Source of the DNA: a virus
Length of the DNA: 64,000 bases
Virus record (IMG/VR): IMGVR_UViG_3300008450_000020
Location: 9,622-73,621 of that record
Reading direction: 5' to 3' (one strand)
Shown: in pieces, positions 45,901 to 53,893 of the stretch
How the letters are laid out: every line of letters starts with the position of its first letter
How positions within the stretch are numbered: position 1 is the stretch's first letter
Notes under the pieces: generated by a model
The model's input: the letters and a program-made list of their open reading frames with translations, nothing else
Told to the model about the DNA's origin: nothing
Databases searched by the model: none
Position numbers and translations under genes: made by a program

Positions 45901-48900
45901 TGCTCCTATTACTTCTGGTTTCTCTGCAATGACCCAAGTGACTTTTAATAATACTTGGGATGGGGAATACCAACGTCTGAGTGTTTTAAAGGAGCTTAAG
46001 AGCGTAGATCATTATCCATTAGAGGGTGGACAATATGAAGTACCACAAGCTAATCGTGATTATGCAAAAGCAAAAATAGATCAACTTAAGAAACGTACTA
46101 AACTTTCTGGACGTACTAAAGAAGTAAACAGATACTTAAACGATCTGACTAAAGAATCACAAAAAACATTAGTAACTACAGAACAGTTGAAGACAAAGAT
46201 GTGGGAAATTATTCGTGCATTTAAAAGCGGAGAAGTTACACAGCAAGAATATGAAATTGCTAGGGAAGCTTTGATTAATCAAAATTCTGGTTTTGAAAAT
46301 GTGCTTAATGAAGACATGGCGCAAGGTATTAAAGATCTGAATGACTTCATTAATCAAGATGTTGAGCTTGCTCGTGCAGTGGCTATTGCATTTAATCAAG
46401 AAGAAATTTCAGGTAAATTATCTATTCCTACAAAGGAGGATACCGGCACATCTCCTGTAAAGCAGGATCAGGAATTGGTTGACTTTTTAGAAGCAAACAA
46501 GGAAACAACCACAACTGAAGTGAAAGCAAAGTTAAAAGAAATTCTCTCCAAGAAAAAAGGAAATGAATTTTTATTAGCTCTGTTAGATAAGCTGACTGCA
46601 AATGTAAAGGTGATTTATGCAGAACCAGGAACTCCGGTATTAGAGAATCCTTTGGTTCCTTCTCGTGGATGGTTTATCACTAAGCATAATCAAGAAGCTA
46701 TTTATATTACTTCTGCTGATCAAAAACACTCTGGCATTACTGCAGAGGTATTGGTACATGAAATGCTTCATGCAAATCTTGCTTATTTAATCCAAACAAC
46801 CAAAGCACAGCAAATCAAAAATCCAAACTACACAAGTTTGACTCTTGATTTGATTAAGGATCTAGAAGCTTTATTTGAGCAAGCAAAGCAACAAGAAACT
46901 TTTGAAGTATTTGCTAATGAAGTAAACAGCTTAGATGAGTTCATTTCTTATGGTTTAACGAATCAAGAATTTATTGATGCTGTAATGTCTAACGTAACTT
47001 TTGAAAGCACACAGAAAGACAATGCATTAGTTAAGCAAACTTTAGTACAAAAATTCATCGATACACTGGTGAAAATATTCTTTAGAAAATCTGATGCAAC
47101 AGCTAATGCAGGCATGACTACGCTCATTACTAATGTATCTGGTTTGCTTCAAATAGTTGCTGATGTAAATGAAGAGTCTGCAGAAGATATCAATCTTTCT
47201 ATGGCTGCTAAGCAACGCAGAAAAATCTACAATTACACTACTTTGGATATCTTCTCTGCTTTGGAGAATTTTGGTAATACAAAGGTTTCTAGTGCGTTCC
47301 AAGTACGGATGAATAATGTTCTTTCTTCTATCGTAGGAAAAGTGCTTACTCCTTCTGGATCATTAGGTGAATCTTTAATGAAGAATCAACCTATTGGTCC
47401 AGTGAATGTATGGATGCGTGCTTTGAATACCGGTAAAGCTGCATTAGCTTATGAAGCACACAAAGCAACATTCCCAGTTTCACACCAAGAATTATTTGTT
47501 ATGGAACAGGTAGAAGCTGCTTTTGAGGAAGCATCTAAAGTACAAGCAAACGATGGCAGCATTGTTATGCGTGAACTTGAGTACGTATATAACCGGGCTG
47601 AAGGTTTATTGAAAGTTGAAGATTTCTTAGAAGATCAAGTAAATCCTACTGCTCAAGATAAAGCACGCGCACGGGAGTACTATGACTTTTTATTCAAACT
47701 TACTCCAGATGCTAATGGTGTATCCCATCACTTGAGTAGATTTGCTGCTGCTGTATTAGGTAATGAGAAGATCAATTCTGTATTGGATATCCGTGGTGAT
47801 TTACAAGATCAGGATACTTATGGTCTAACTTTTGCTGAAAAGATCCAACGTCTTTTTGAACGTGCATTAAGTATGTTCACTGGTTTGATCACGAAGTCAA
47901 AACGTGATGATCCTTTGAATGTTCGTGTAGAAGCCTTGGTTTCTCGCTTAGTAGATATCGAGGCTAAGCGTAAATCATCCTTGTTACATCAAAATAAGAT
48001 TGAAGCTACTTTAGGCATCCCAGATGACCTCGCACAGAAAGGTGCAATGGGAATCAAGGAAGCATTAAACAAACTCTCTAAAACATCTATGATCACAAAT
48101 AGTAAGTTTGCTGCTATCCGTGCTTCAGGGCAGTTTGCAGAGCTATTGGCGAATGATCGTGTAAAGAATGCTGTGGACGGTTTAACGGTGATTAGAGATC
48201 AATTGGTAGATGGTAAGCATGGATTTATCATGCAGCTTGTCGACACGGTTAAAGGCCCTGCAAATTGGGCGCAAGCACTGTTGCGGCATAACAAGCATCT
48301 TCAGAACTTAAAAGTAACAATGAAGAACCAAACAGCAAAGAATGTACTGAGCAGTTTTGTTAATGAAGGGAAAGATTTAACAGACAACGATAAGGCTACT
48401 ATTACTCAAGTATTTTTGCGTACCGGTGCTCATCATTTATTTGATAAATTTGGCATTTCCGGAATCTATGAATTACTCACAGATTCTACAAAATTGAATA
48501 ATGAAATCTCTGCTTTAGAAACTTTATTAAATCAATTTGATTTGCCTGGGACTAAATACAAAACCAGTGAGTATTACAAGATGCAAGCTAGTTCTTTGGC
48601 TTCCTATAAACTTACAGGAGTAAATACTTTGAGTGGTGGTTTGTTATTGAATGCACATAACATTGCTTTCAAAGCTGGGTCACCAATTCAAGGCGTAACA
48701 ACTGCGCAAGCTGATCAAGCAATTCCTATGTTGGAATCCTTGATTACTTTGTATGGCTTACGTATGTCAACTGAGAAAGCAGATGCTGCGCGTATCCTTA
48801 AAACTGAAATGGATCGTAATGGTTTGAATGGTGTAGAGGTTGTATTGCTTTACCATAAAAAATTCGATAAGGACTCTCGTGAAACTTTGTTCAAGAATAA

Positions 48901-50755
48901 TCCTTATTCAATGATTCATGGTTATGTGCCGGATATTCTAAATCCTAATACAACACACGCAGAAGCGATTGTAGGTAGCCCACAAGCACAGATGCTACGT
49001 GACATGGGTTACGAACAGAAAGATATGGTAGGTGCTGATAAAACAGATCCTGAACAAGCCAAGAAAGCTATGTTTGTATTGCGCGATGGTGCTCCATTAC
49101 CATGGGTTACTACATCAACAGATCTTGCTGATAACCATAGTAAAGGACATACATTATTCAATGGTTTCACAAACACAAATCATTCTATAGGTATGAATAA
49201 TGCCGCTGAGTTAGCACGTATTAACAAACTTAAAGAAAGAGATATTGTATTGATGCATCAAGGCATCTTTGTTAATAAGAAGCCAGATGAATCTTTTATG
49301 GTTCCAATCGTTAATTCCAAAGGTCAATTTGCTGACTGGAGATATGTGATGAACGATAAAACACGTAATGATGTTTTAGAACGTGATAATCGTATGGAAG
49401 AAATATTAGGTGTAATGGCTGCTGAATTGTTTAGTAAGGTAAATGTCAAAGGACAAAACACTAATGTAGTTAACGCACTCAAAGAAGATTACGATAATTA
49501 CTTTACCAAGATTCCATCATCATTCTTACGTATTTCTGCTACAAGTTCTGATCCAGAATTGAGAGAAATTTGGGCATTGCTTCCTGATGCTATGAAGCAA
49601 GATGCTATAAAGACTTTTGGTGGTAGAGAGTTAATGATTCGTAATGAATTACTTACTCCTATATTTGGATACCGTAAGAAGTCATTGAGTACTTTATTCA
49701 ATAAAGAACAAAAGAAAGCACATGAATTAGCAATCACAATTACTGTTGAAAAGATCTTGTATTTGTATGCTCGCACTAAGTTGGGTAAATCTATGCTTGC
49801 TGCAGAAGAGTACACAAAACAAGCTGCAATTAAAGTCCGTAGAGCAGAAAATATCTGGAAGACTTTAGTTGATATTACCAAGGATATTATTGTTATTCGT
49901 ACTGGTTTTGTTTTGTTAGATAACGTGAAGAGTAATATTTCTCAATTGATGATTAAAGGAATTCCTGTATCTAGTATTGCTAAATACCATCATGTTGCTT
50001 CTGTTAGTTTACGTAATTGGGAAGAAGACACAGAGCGATTGAATTTGTTAAAAACAAATTTAGCTGCTGGGTACACTCAGGGTAAGAACGCTGAAATGCA
50101 GAGAGAGATAATTAAATTAGAGAATTCACTTGCTCGTAATCCAATTAAAGATTTGATCGATGGGGGCTTGATGCCAGCTATCGTTGAAGATGTAGGATTG
50201 GAAGAAGACAAGTATTCTCAGAAAACTCTGTTTGCTAAGAAGGCAGAGCCTTATGTCAGTAAAGTTCCTGTAGGTATTCGTAATGCTGTAAAGGTAGTTA
50301 CGATGTCTCGCGGTACTACAATACATAATGCAATGACTACTGCTACTCGATATTCTGATTTCTTGGCTCGATACACTATGTATCAAGAGTTGGTAAGTCG
50401 TAAGACAAATCCAATGACCAAGGAAGAAGCGATTCAAGAAGCTAGTGAATCTTTTGTGAACTATGACTTACCTATGCCGGCATATTTGCAGTATACAGAC
50501 GATATGGGGATCACAATGTTTACTAAATATTTCTTACAGATTCAAAGGGTGTTGTTTAAGATGAGTAAAGAAAACCCAGGTAGAGTTTTACTGGCTTATT
50601 CTTTAGGAGAGTATTTCAATTCTTCTGGAGTAGTTACTCAAGCATCAGTATTCAATCACATGTTTAATAATCCGTTTAACACTGGGCCATTACAATTACC
50701 TGGTGCTGTGGATGAGATTGCTACTGTAGCTGCTGCAACTTCAATAGTTAAATAA
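39968..50755 (+). CDS. Virion-encapsidated RNA polymerase (N4 gp50-like)
   Basis: 3595 aa, no Cys seen; motif A GSDAKNSGP, motif B RNYAKTPTTGFNFG, motif C VHDEG; zincin-like HEMLH; C-terminal YSDFLARY..FVNYD. Confidence 0.95.
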   Translation: MDISRLGQLMTLQDSFNKTQREKTRGKLGQLDEASATKLAALQYTIDKNNEEVSAYKNTWAAGVQGALGLEQKRSGALYQAINLPATALYALSDKGIGNAVTSTMQSGDVISPAERDAYNRELAGKATPEDTALLNSSDKIALGGMIDHVTKMPIHQPISGTVRDKIKIDLGVKESSKKVTDFFDIKSIRDTADQEAFRAGITENFDLGWDKVKKGFSQDSKASTWEKTKDIFSGLDQIVSDVGSSAANNKMGIVSYAAENLHNLFLPAGINVASNAGYANREYRDAYLDKLKTTGQLPNASEQAGMVGNAALAFGVEYMGDHVLRKLSGLGGKKIINSIDEIVPATAIQKALRVTGATTGSMASEAGTEGYQTYLEEKIKGKEASAKQIFEGAVIGAFSSGGMTAPTSIASNFLGKSPEQQLEDQFKANKAMDIETAVQAKDVSAFIDPASPKYAPDTAMVALSALVQSADITPEEKASFVEQSNAIAQQIEDQKVEVGAKLSGVGMTPEQVQEAEANIQDYTAALATIPETETQLIQDINNQIQVETLKLEAASYSQEQIDSLNTEAKALSRISEEVSSAKAQISSIAAPIDTEINVDEAISNISTEPANVSKVINLSMASREALSDMQVSQLEQLANDTTSPMTEGERTYFKVMATTRALENSLKTANQVSEEVLYGSKPKAKTYFKGTTQYREEIANALKTGSPELATKLIGSLETFAKDHAEKARVYAKAMSRGQEQGANVSITRYNGNWKIVPNGYKLEGKQKAEALVAASPKFQEKIAQESNLINSTLGEMKALVGAYSNPGSVSVAPVTETASVVPTQSIEQTPLTGNTEVIPEVLFQDQLAQQEQQDVQPTLEGIQNESQAIEAKQTEAQGQESKQTTEGSNVNPSSEISLATQDNPSEAIQDGSNIQEPSVSEGVSTGTPTEAPNEATETSLPTDGKLSYLVPESSLGALGVSQSQGNKAGSVRPLVVVKDFLSKWLGGEIDPAQYLTEGASQNITEAQQNTLNSVRTLLPNWVSAVVDNFRYNEKAKNNFDDYTQFFIDESGVSEENFATAIAFAAYSFVNMQANRPLVNKRETVIELFKGEIGVLTPKGEKLLNTLTNTKAEAIDAIGSLAYRALGLKITEDTPSNVEPMIKSALGVHGLLLLERKGIVERINLKRKTIESAFDRSVLSARVPTDKQVYDKESVVEFVRMVSVLDDKKQKTITSIAKSIKDNNVESRDIVNRLFGAEKLGAVASTKPYKYTQVTAKRRTLGIPNSQRKVIEANHQIGRYVNPTMLEAINVFGKEAILRMAGFKDIVIDRVQAMARDSVIAQNENLELQLSRFMAAKDLAFNPNAESDQDTYSNPLYVAQEVLGNQRAGYSTLDLNQQTSKIARASLYHKEWESTVDMNDMDQFFIAVANGIGIKIDNQNNAKTIVILKEKLTKDRQLASTVTLLRQGFFEGKPVFDQTGNVETVVQQVAKEGIMSLPYLLALAQYGYAKQTGQTSFKVNFPVGSDAKNSGPALTNFFLGAADYDRLNKTGFYSTEQGQADHFSQYREQPDSMDLYEDLFSKVISTMWGMAYSAKHPWFNKADLQNMLVITGEFKDRKTGKVTSKGRNYAKTPTTGFNFGSSVQKAVQGMYEYFLEDISKTIEDIVKGDNKDVSLKNYLAALNKAIVFGNNNPLAEYKASLLDLNMDEDAALDLVLTDDQLAALQYAFIQMIGNPATSAMYAYYKTFLGRRNKLSATINSTFVIYDEARKALHVAKLKELVDAGTIPKKTYLNKAGEIVVTEEPMFDLSANQMKEIDNTLKDLFPAVHSYMSALENNPDAKVSLVKNDKAREKSSPYKAKVQTKYTLTNAQYKDSKQLITDSYVPSLQAPGAGGTPYIIHSSESSIMHFALAQVDGALGVHDEGNSGLKDAVKMSQSLNQGAADVLLKYSPLGQTEALLNNSLFNFAKLIHEGKIPKETADAVNKGLAEIAQRLNKDAPITSGFSAMTQVTFNNTWDGEYQRLSVLKELKSVDHYPLEGGQYEVPQANRDYAKAKIDQLKKRTKLSGRTKEVNRYLNDLTKESQKTLVTTEQLKTKMWEIIRAFKSGEVTQQEYEIAREALINQNSGFENVLNEDMAQGIKDLNDFINQDVELARAVAIAFNQEEISGKLSIPTKEDTGTSPVKQDQELVDFLEANKETTTTEVKAKLKEILSKKKGNEFLLALLDKLTANVKVIYAEPGTPVLENPLVPSRGWFITKHNQEAIYITSADQKHSGITAEVLVHEMLHANLAYLIQTTKAQQIKNPNYTSLTLDLIKDLEALFEQAKQQETFEVFANEVNSLDEFISYGLTNQEFIDAVMSNVTFESTQKDNALVKQTLVQKFIDTLVKIFFRKSDATANAGMTTLITNVSGLLQIVADVNEESAEDINLSMAAKQRRKIYNYTTLDIFSALENFGNTKVSSAFQVRMNNVLSSIVGKVLTPSGSLGESLMKNQPIGPVNVWMRALNTGKAALAYEAHKATFPVSHQELFVMEQVEAAFEEASKVQANDGSIVMRELEYVYNRAEGLLKVEDFLEDQVNPTAQDKARAREYYDFLFKLTPDANGVSHHLSRFAAAVLGNEKINSVLDIRGDLQDQDTYGLTFAEKIQRLFERALSMFTGLITKSKRDDPLNVRVEALVSRLVDIEAKRKSSLLHQNKIEATLGIPDDLAQKGAMGIKEALNKLSKTSMITNSKFAAIRASGQFAELLANDRVKNAVDGLTVIRDQLVDGKHGFIMQLVDTVKGPANWAQALLRHNKHLQNLKVTMKNQTAKNVLSSFVNEGKDLTDNDKATITQVFLRTGAHHLFDKFGISGIYELLTDSTKLNNEISALETLLNQFDLPGTKYKTSEYYKMQASSLASYKLTGVNTLSGGLLLNAHNIAFKAGSPIQGVTTAQADQAIPMLESLITLYGLRMSTEKADAARILKTEMDRNGLNGVEVVLLYHKKFDKDSRETLFKNNPYSMIHGYVPDILNPNTTHAEAIVGSPQAQMLRDMGYEQKDMVGADKTDPEQAKKAMFVLRDGAPLPWVTTSTDLADNHSKGHTLFNGFTNTNHSIGMNNAAELARINKLKERDIVLMHQGIFVNKKPDESFMVPIVNSKGQFADWRYVMNDKTRNDVLERDNRMEEILGVMAAELFSKVNVKGQNTNVVNALKEDYDNYFTKIPSSFLRISATSSDPELREIWALLPDAMKQDAIKTFGGRELMIRNELLTPIFGYRKKSLSTLFNKEQKKAHELAITITVEKILYLYARTKLGKSMLAAEEYTKQAAIKVRRAENIWKTLVDITKDIIVIRTGFVLLDNVKSNISQLMIKGIPVSSIAKYHHVASVSLRNWEEDTERLNLLKTNLAAGYTQGKNAEMQREIIKLENSLARNPIKDLIDGGLMPAIVEDVGLEEDKYSQKTLFAKKAEPYVSKVPVGIRNAVKVVTMSRGTTIHNAMTTATRYSDFLARYTMYQELVSRKTNPMTKEEAIQEASESFVNYDLPMPAYLQYTDDMGITMFTKYFLQIQRVLFKMSKENPGRVLLAYSLGEYFNSSGVVTQASVFNHMFNNPFNTGPLQLPGAVDEIATVAAATSIVK

Positions 50756-50793
50756 AAGAAAAAAGGCTTACTCGGTAATCTGAGTAAGCCTTT
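50755..50793. terminator. Bidirectional terminator between convergent late and middle units
   Basis: AAAGGCTTACTC-GGTAATCT-GAGTAAGCCTTT. Confidence 0.8.
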
Positions 50794-50801
50794 AATCAAC
50801 A

Positions 50802-50981
50802 TCAGTGTCGACTTTCTATTGCTTCTTTAATGAGACAAGCAACTAGCCACACTACAAAAGCTACTATTGCAAGTCCCGCTAAAATCATTCCAATAGATGC
50901 AATGAACATCATTGCACCGACAATGAATGTGATTACTAAAATCGCAGCTATTGTATAGCCAATGTTTTTTAGTAACCCCAT
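50802..50981 (-). CDS. 59-aa membrane protein
   Basis: Read manually: MGLLKNIGYTIAAILVITFIVGAMMFIASIGMILAGLAIVAFVVWLVACLIKEAIESRH. Confidence 0.7.
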   Translation of the reverse strand: MGLLKNIGYTIAAILVITFIVGAMMFIASIGMILAGLAIVAFVVWLVACLIKEAIESRH

Positions 50982-50986
50982 AATGA

Positions 50987-51298
50987 TTAAGAGAACAAGC
51001 TAGGAGTGCTTGGGGCTGTAGTACTGTAGCCTGGATCTGTTTCAGGTTCAGGTTCAGCTACTGCAGGTGTTTCAGTGACCAAAGGCAATTCCGCTTGGAC
51101 TGCTTGAACAACTGGAGTAGCTTCTACTACAGTCTTTTGGGCAAAATCTTCAATTGAAATATCTGCAGTCAATCCACCGTTTTTACGTCCTGCTGTAAAA
51201 TCGATTTTTACTTCTTTCCCTACCAAGCTAATTCCTTGGTTTGAGATGAAAGAACGGATTGCTGATTCAATCTCAGCTTGTTTGATTTGTACTTGCAT
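50987..51298 (-). CDS. Conserved N4-like hypothetical protein
   Basis: MQVQIKQAEIE.AI..FI..QGI.L....IDFTAGRK..GLTADI.I; ends PSLFS. Confidence 0.75.
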   Translation of the reverse strand: MQVQIKQAEIESAIRSFISNQGISLVGKEVKIDFTAGRKNGGLTADISIEDFAQKTVVEATPVVQAVQAELPLVTETPAVAEPEPETDPGYSTTAPSTPSLFS

Positions 51299-51309
51299 GG
51301 TATTACCTT

Positions 51310-51903
51310 TCAATTTAAAAGAGACAGCAATTGTTTAAAAGCATTTGTTTCTAAACCGGCATATATTGCAGCAGTTGCATCAGCTTGATGTTCTACTTTC
51401 CCGTCAACTGGGATAAGTACACCACCACGTTTTTGCATAGTCCAAGGAGCTTCAGGATGTTTCTCTATTGCCCATTTGATCATCTGTGCTTTAGTAGCTG
51501 TTTTAGAGCCTACAGACGCTTTTTTAACTTCGATAGGGGTAACTTCAAAGAATGGAATTCCAGTAGCTCTGAGTGCTCCTAAAATCCCTACACAGATCCC
51601 ATACGAAGCCATGGCTCTTGCCGATTGACTTCCTACAGGAACTTCAACAAATATTGCCTGTGCATCTTTGGAGAACTTAAATACATCTTCTGCTAATTGC
51701 TTTGCACATTCTAAATCGTTACTGTTATTTCTAACTTGTTTGCCTTCTAATTCTGAAGGACAAATAGTACCGACTTCTTGAATGACAAGTTTATCAATAG
51801 AAGGTGTATAGACTCCTTTGCTCATACCCCAATTGCGCAAAGAAGGATCAAATCCAACTACTCGGATTTGTTTAGGCTGGGTCGTTAGAAACGGATTTGA
51901 CAT
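51310..51903 (-). CDS. RuvC-like Holliday junction resolvase
   Basis: VVGFDPSLRNWG, FVEVPVGSQSARAM, EHQADA. Confidence 0.85.
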   Translation of the reverse strand: MSNPFLTTQPKQIRVVGFDPSLRNWGMSKGVYTPSIDKLVIQEVGTICPSELEGKQVRNNSNDLECAKQLAEDVFKFSKDAQAIFVEVPVGSQSARAMASYGICVGILGALRATGIPFFEVTPIEVKKASVGSKTATKAQMIKWAIEKHPEAPWTMQKRGGVLIPVDGKVEHQADATAAIYAGLETNAFKQLLSLLN

Positions 51904-52288
51904 CTTCTGCCTCCACCGTTACTGGCAACTCTTCTGGAAACTTTGAAGGTTCAAAACCAGTAGAGAAAGGTAATTTACCAATCTCAGTAATTGCGATTGC
52001 TAAACCAAATTGGAAACCTTTTTTAAGATCTCCTTCCATTACGTAATCTTCAGTTGCTTGTCCATCATCTGAGATTACTTTCATGGATACCCCATCTGGG
52101 ATAGTGCTTAAATGGTTAAGCAGATCAACTTTATCTTTCAACCAAACTGCCATTAAATCCGCTAATTGTGCTGGATCAGTTACTTCTACATAACCAGTTT
52201 CAGGAGAAATTTCTGAAACTATATCTTGTGTAGTAACTTCAACAGCAGCCATTAATGGAGAAGTCAGTTCTGTTTTATTATTTTCCAT
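51872..52288 (-). CDS. N4 gp46-like hypothetical protein
   Basis: L.HL..IPDG...KGFQFGL.IA..EIGKLPF; follows SSB. Confidence 0.7.
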   Translation of the reverse strand: MENNKTELTSPLMAAVEVTTQDIVSEISPETGYVEVTDPAQLADLMAVWLKDKVDLLNHLSTIPDGVSMKVISDDGQATEDYVMEGDLKKGFQFGLAIAITEIGKLPFSTGFEPSKFPEELPVTVEAEDVKSVSNDPA

Positions 52289-52301
52289 ATTTACTTTCGG
52301 T

Positions 52302-52337
52302 AAAAAAATAAGGATACCTCCTTGTGAGAGGTATCCT
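52302..52337 (-). terminator. Terminator after SSB
   Basis: AGGATACCTC/GAGGTATCCT stem with A-run on the left. Confidence 0.8.
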
Positions 52338-52351
52338 ATGAGTGGAACTAA

Positions 52352-53092
52352 TTAAGAGAAGAGACTTTGTTTTGGTTTTGCCATACCACTTGCAGGAGAT
52401 GGAGCACCAGCAACACCATTACCTTTTGGAGCTTTGCCAGATTTGTCTTTAGTTTTACCTGTCCACTTGTCTGACCAAGTTTTGTGAAATTCAGCATCAG
52501 TTGCTTTTGCACGAATCTCAGCAGTAGTCATGTTATCTGAAGCGCGGAAGAACTTTTCAATCTCATTAACTTCACGAGTTTCGCCGGTAGCTTCATAAAC
52601 ATTTGTTGCTTCATTTTTCTTGGTTTTGTCTTCAATCTGCTTGATGAGAGCAAATGTGATTTCTTTACCAAGCAATTCAACAAGAACCATTGTTTTGGTA
52701 GGAACTTCTGCTTTAGCTGCGGAAGAGTAAATATTGATTACTTTCTCTTCTTCTTCTACATCAGAAATTTCTTTACCAACAGTAAGCAAGGCTAAACTGT
52801 TTGCCATAACAAAGCCAGGTAAGTATTGCTTATTACCGTCTTTGTCCAAGAAGAAATTATTTCCTCCTTTTGCTGTACCGCCCGTCATCCAGAATGTTTG
52901 ACGAACTTCTTTGTCATCAGAAGTTTTCAAATCCAATACCAAACCAAGAGCACCAGATGTTGCTTTGTTCAAGTAAGCCATTTCGATCTTACCTGTATAA
53001 ACACCAGATTCCAATGCTGCACGGCTTGAGCCAATGGAATCTTTTTCATCTGCGATACTGGTATCTGTTTTTAGGTTTTTTAATAGTGACAT
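52352..53092 (-). CDS. ssb: Single-stranded DNA-binding protein / late transcription activator (N4 gp45-like)
   Basis: AY...SGALG, KDGNKQYLPGF, GETREVNEIEKFF, C-terminal SLFS. Confidence 0.88.
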   Translation of the reverse strand: MSLLKNLKTDTSIADEKDSIGSSRAALESGVYTGKIEMAYLNKATSGALGLVLDLKTSDDKEVRQTFWMTGGTAKGGNNFFLDKDGNKQYLPGFVMANSLALLTVGKEISDVEEEEKVINIYSSAAKAEVPTKTMVLVELLGKEITFALIKQIEDKTKKNEATNVYEATGETREVNEIEKFFRASDNMTTAEIRAKATDAEFHKTWSDKWTGKTKDKSGKAPKGNGVAGAPSPASGMAKPKQSLFS

Positions 53093-53132
53093 GTTTCTCT
53101 TTCAGTTGTTGTTTGGGATTTAGATTATAAGA

Positions 53133-53885
53133 CTAATTGTAGTACTCAACCAGCCTATCCAGTACGTTCTGCATATTATTATCAATGAAGGTTTCCTTCG
53201 TATCAAATATACCCAGTGGACCTCGTAAACGCTCGTTTACAGTGTCCTTTGTGTTCTTGGTTTGGAATACATATTTAAAACCAAGAGCTTCCTCTTCAGG
53301 AGTAATGTTCAGTAAAGCAGAACCGTATTCCTTCAAGGTTTTTAATGGTACTTTTTTAGAAGCCAGTACTAATGAAAAATAAGCTTCAACACCATTATTC
53401 TTCAATGCGCCTTTGATAGGTACTTTAGTTTCAACTATCATTTCAGACTCATTATGTGAATCCAATGTATGTGCAATAAAGATCACATTCTTGGTAGAAC
53501 GTGCTGAATACTGTTGCAACAGATTCTTGAAGTATTGTGCAAAGTCTGCCCAAGCTTGCATACCGTTTGCTGATTTATTTACATAAACCGATTCAAACAT
53601 ATCCATCAAGAAAGTTAAACTATCTACGATGATTGTATGTATTCCTTCTTGGGTTTCTGCATGATCAAATGCTTCAAAAACCTGATATGGATCAGTGATA
53701 ACAAATTCCTTAAACTTGCTCCGGAAGGGAAGCTTCTTCCCTGCCTCACAATTCAAGTACATTACCCCTTCTGGGTTTTTGATCCCCATCAATGATGCTG
53801 ATTTACCTGTAGAGGATTTCCCCACAAGTAAAACCATATTGTCATTGATAGGTGTAGGTGCTGCTGTTGCCATTGGATTCTCCAA
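53133..53885 (-). CDS. AAA/Sak4-like NTPase (N4 gp44-like)
   Basis: GKSSTGKSASL, YLNCEAGKKLPF, IIVDSLTFLMDMFES. Confidence 0.88.
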   Translation of the reverse strand: MENPMATAAPTPINDNMVLLVGKSSTGKSASLMGIKNPEGVMYLNCEAGKKLPFRSKFKEFVITDPYQVFEAFDHAETQEGIHTIIVDSLTFLMDMFESVYVNKSANGMQAWADFAQYFKNLLQQYSARSTKNVIFIAHTLDSHNESEMIVETKVPIKGALKNNGVEAYFSLVLASKKVPLKTLKEYGSALLNITPEEEALGFKYVFQTKNTKDTVNERLRGPLGIFDTKETFIDNNMQNVLDRLVEYYN

Positions 53886-53893
53886 AAGAAATG

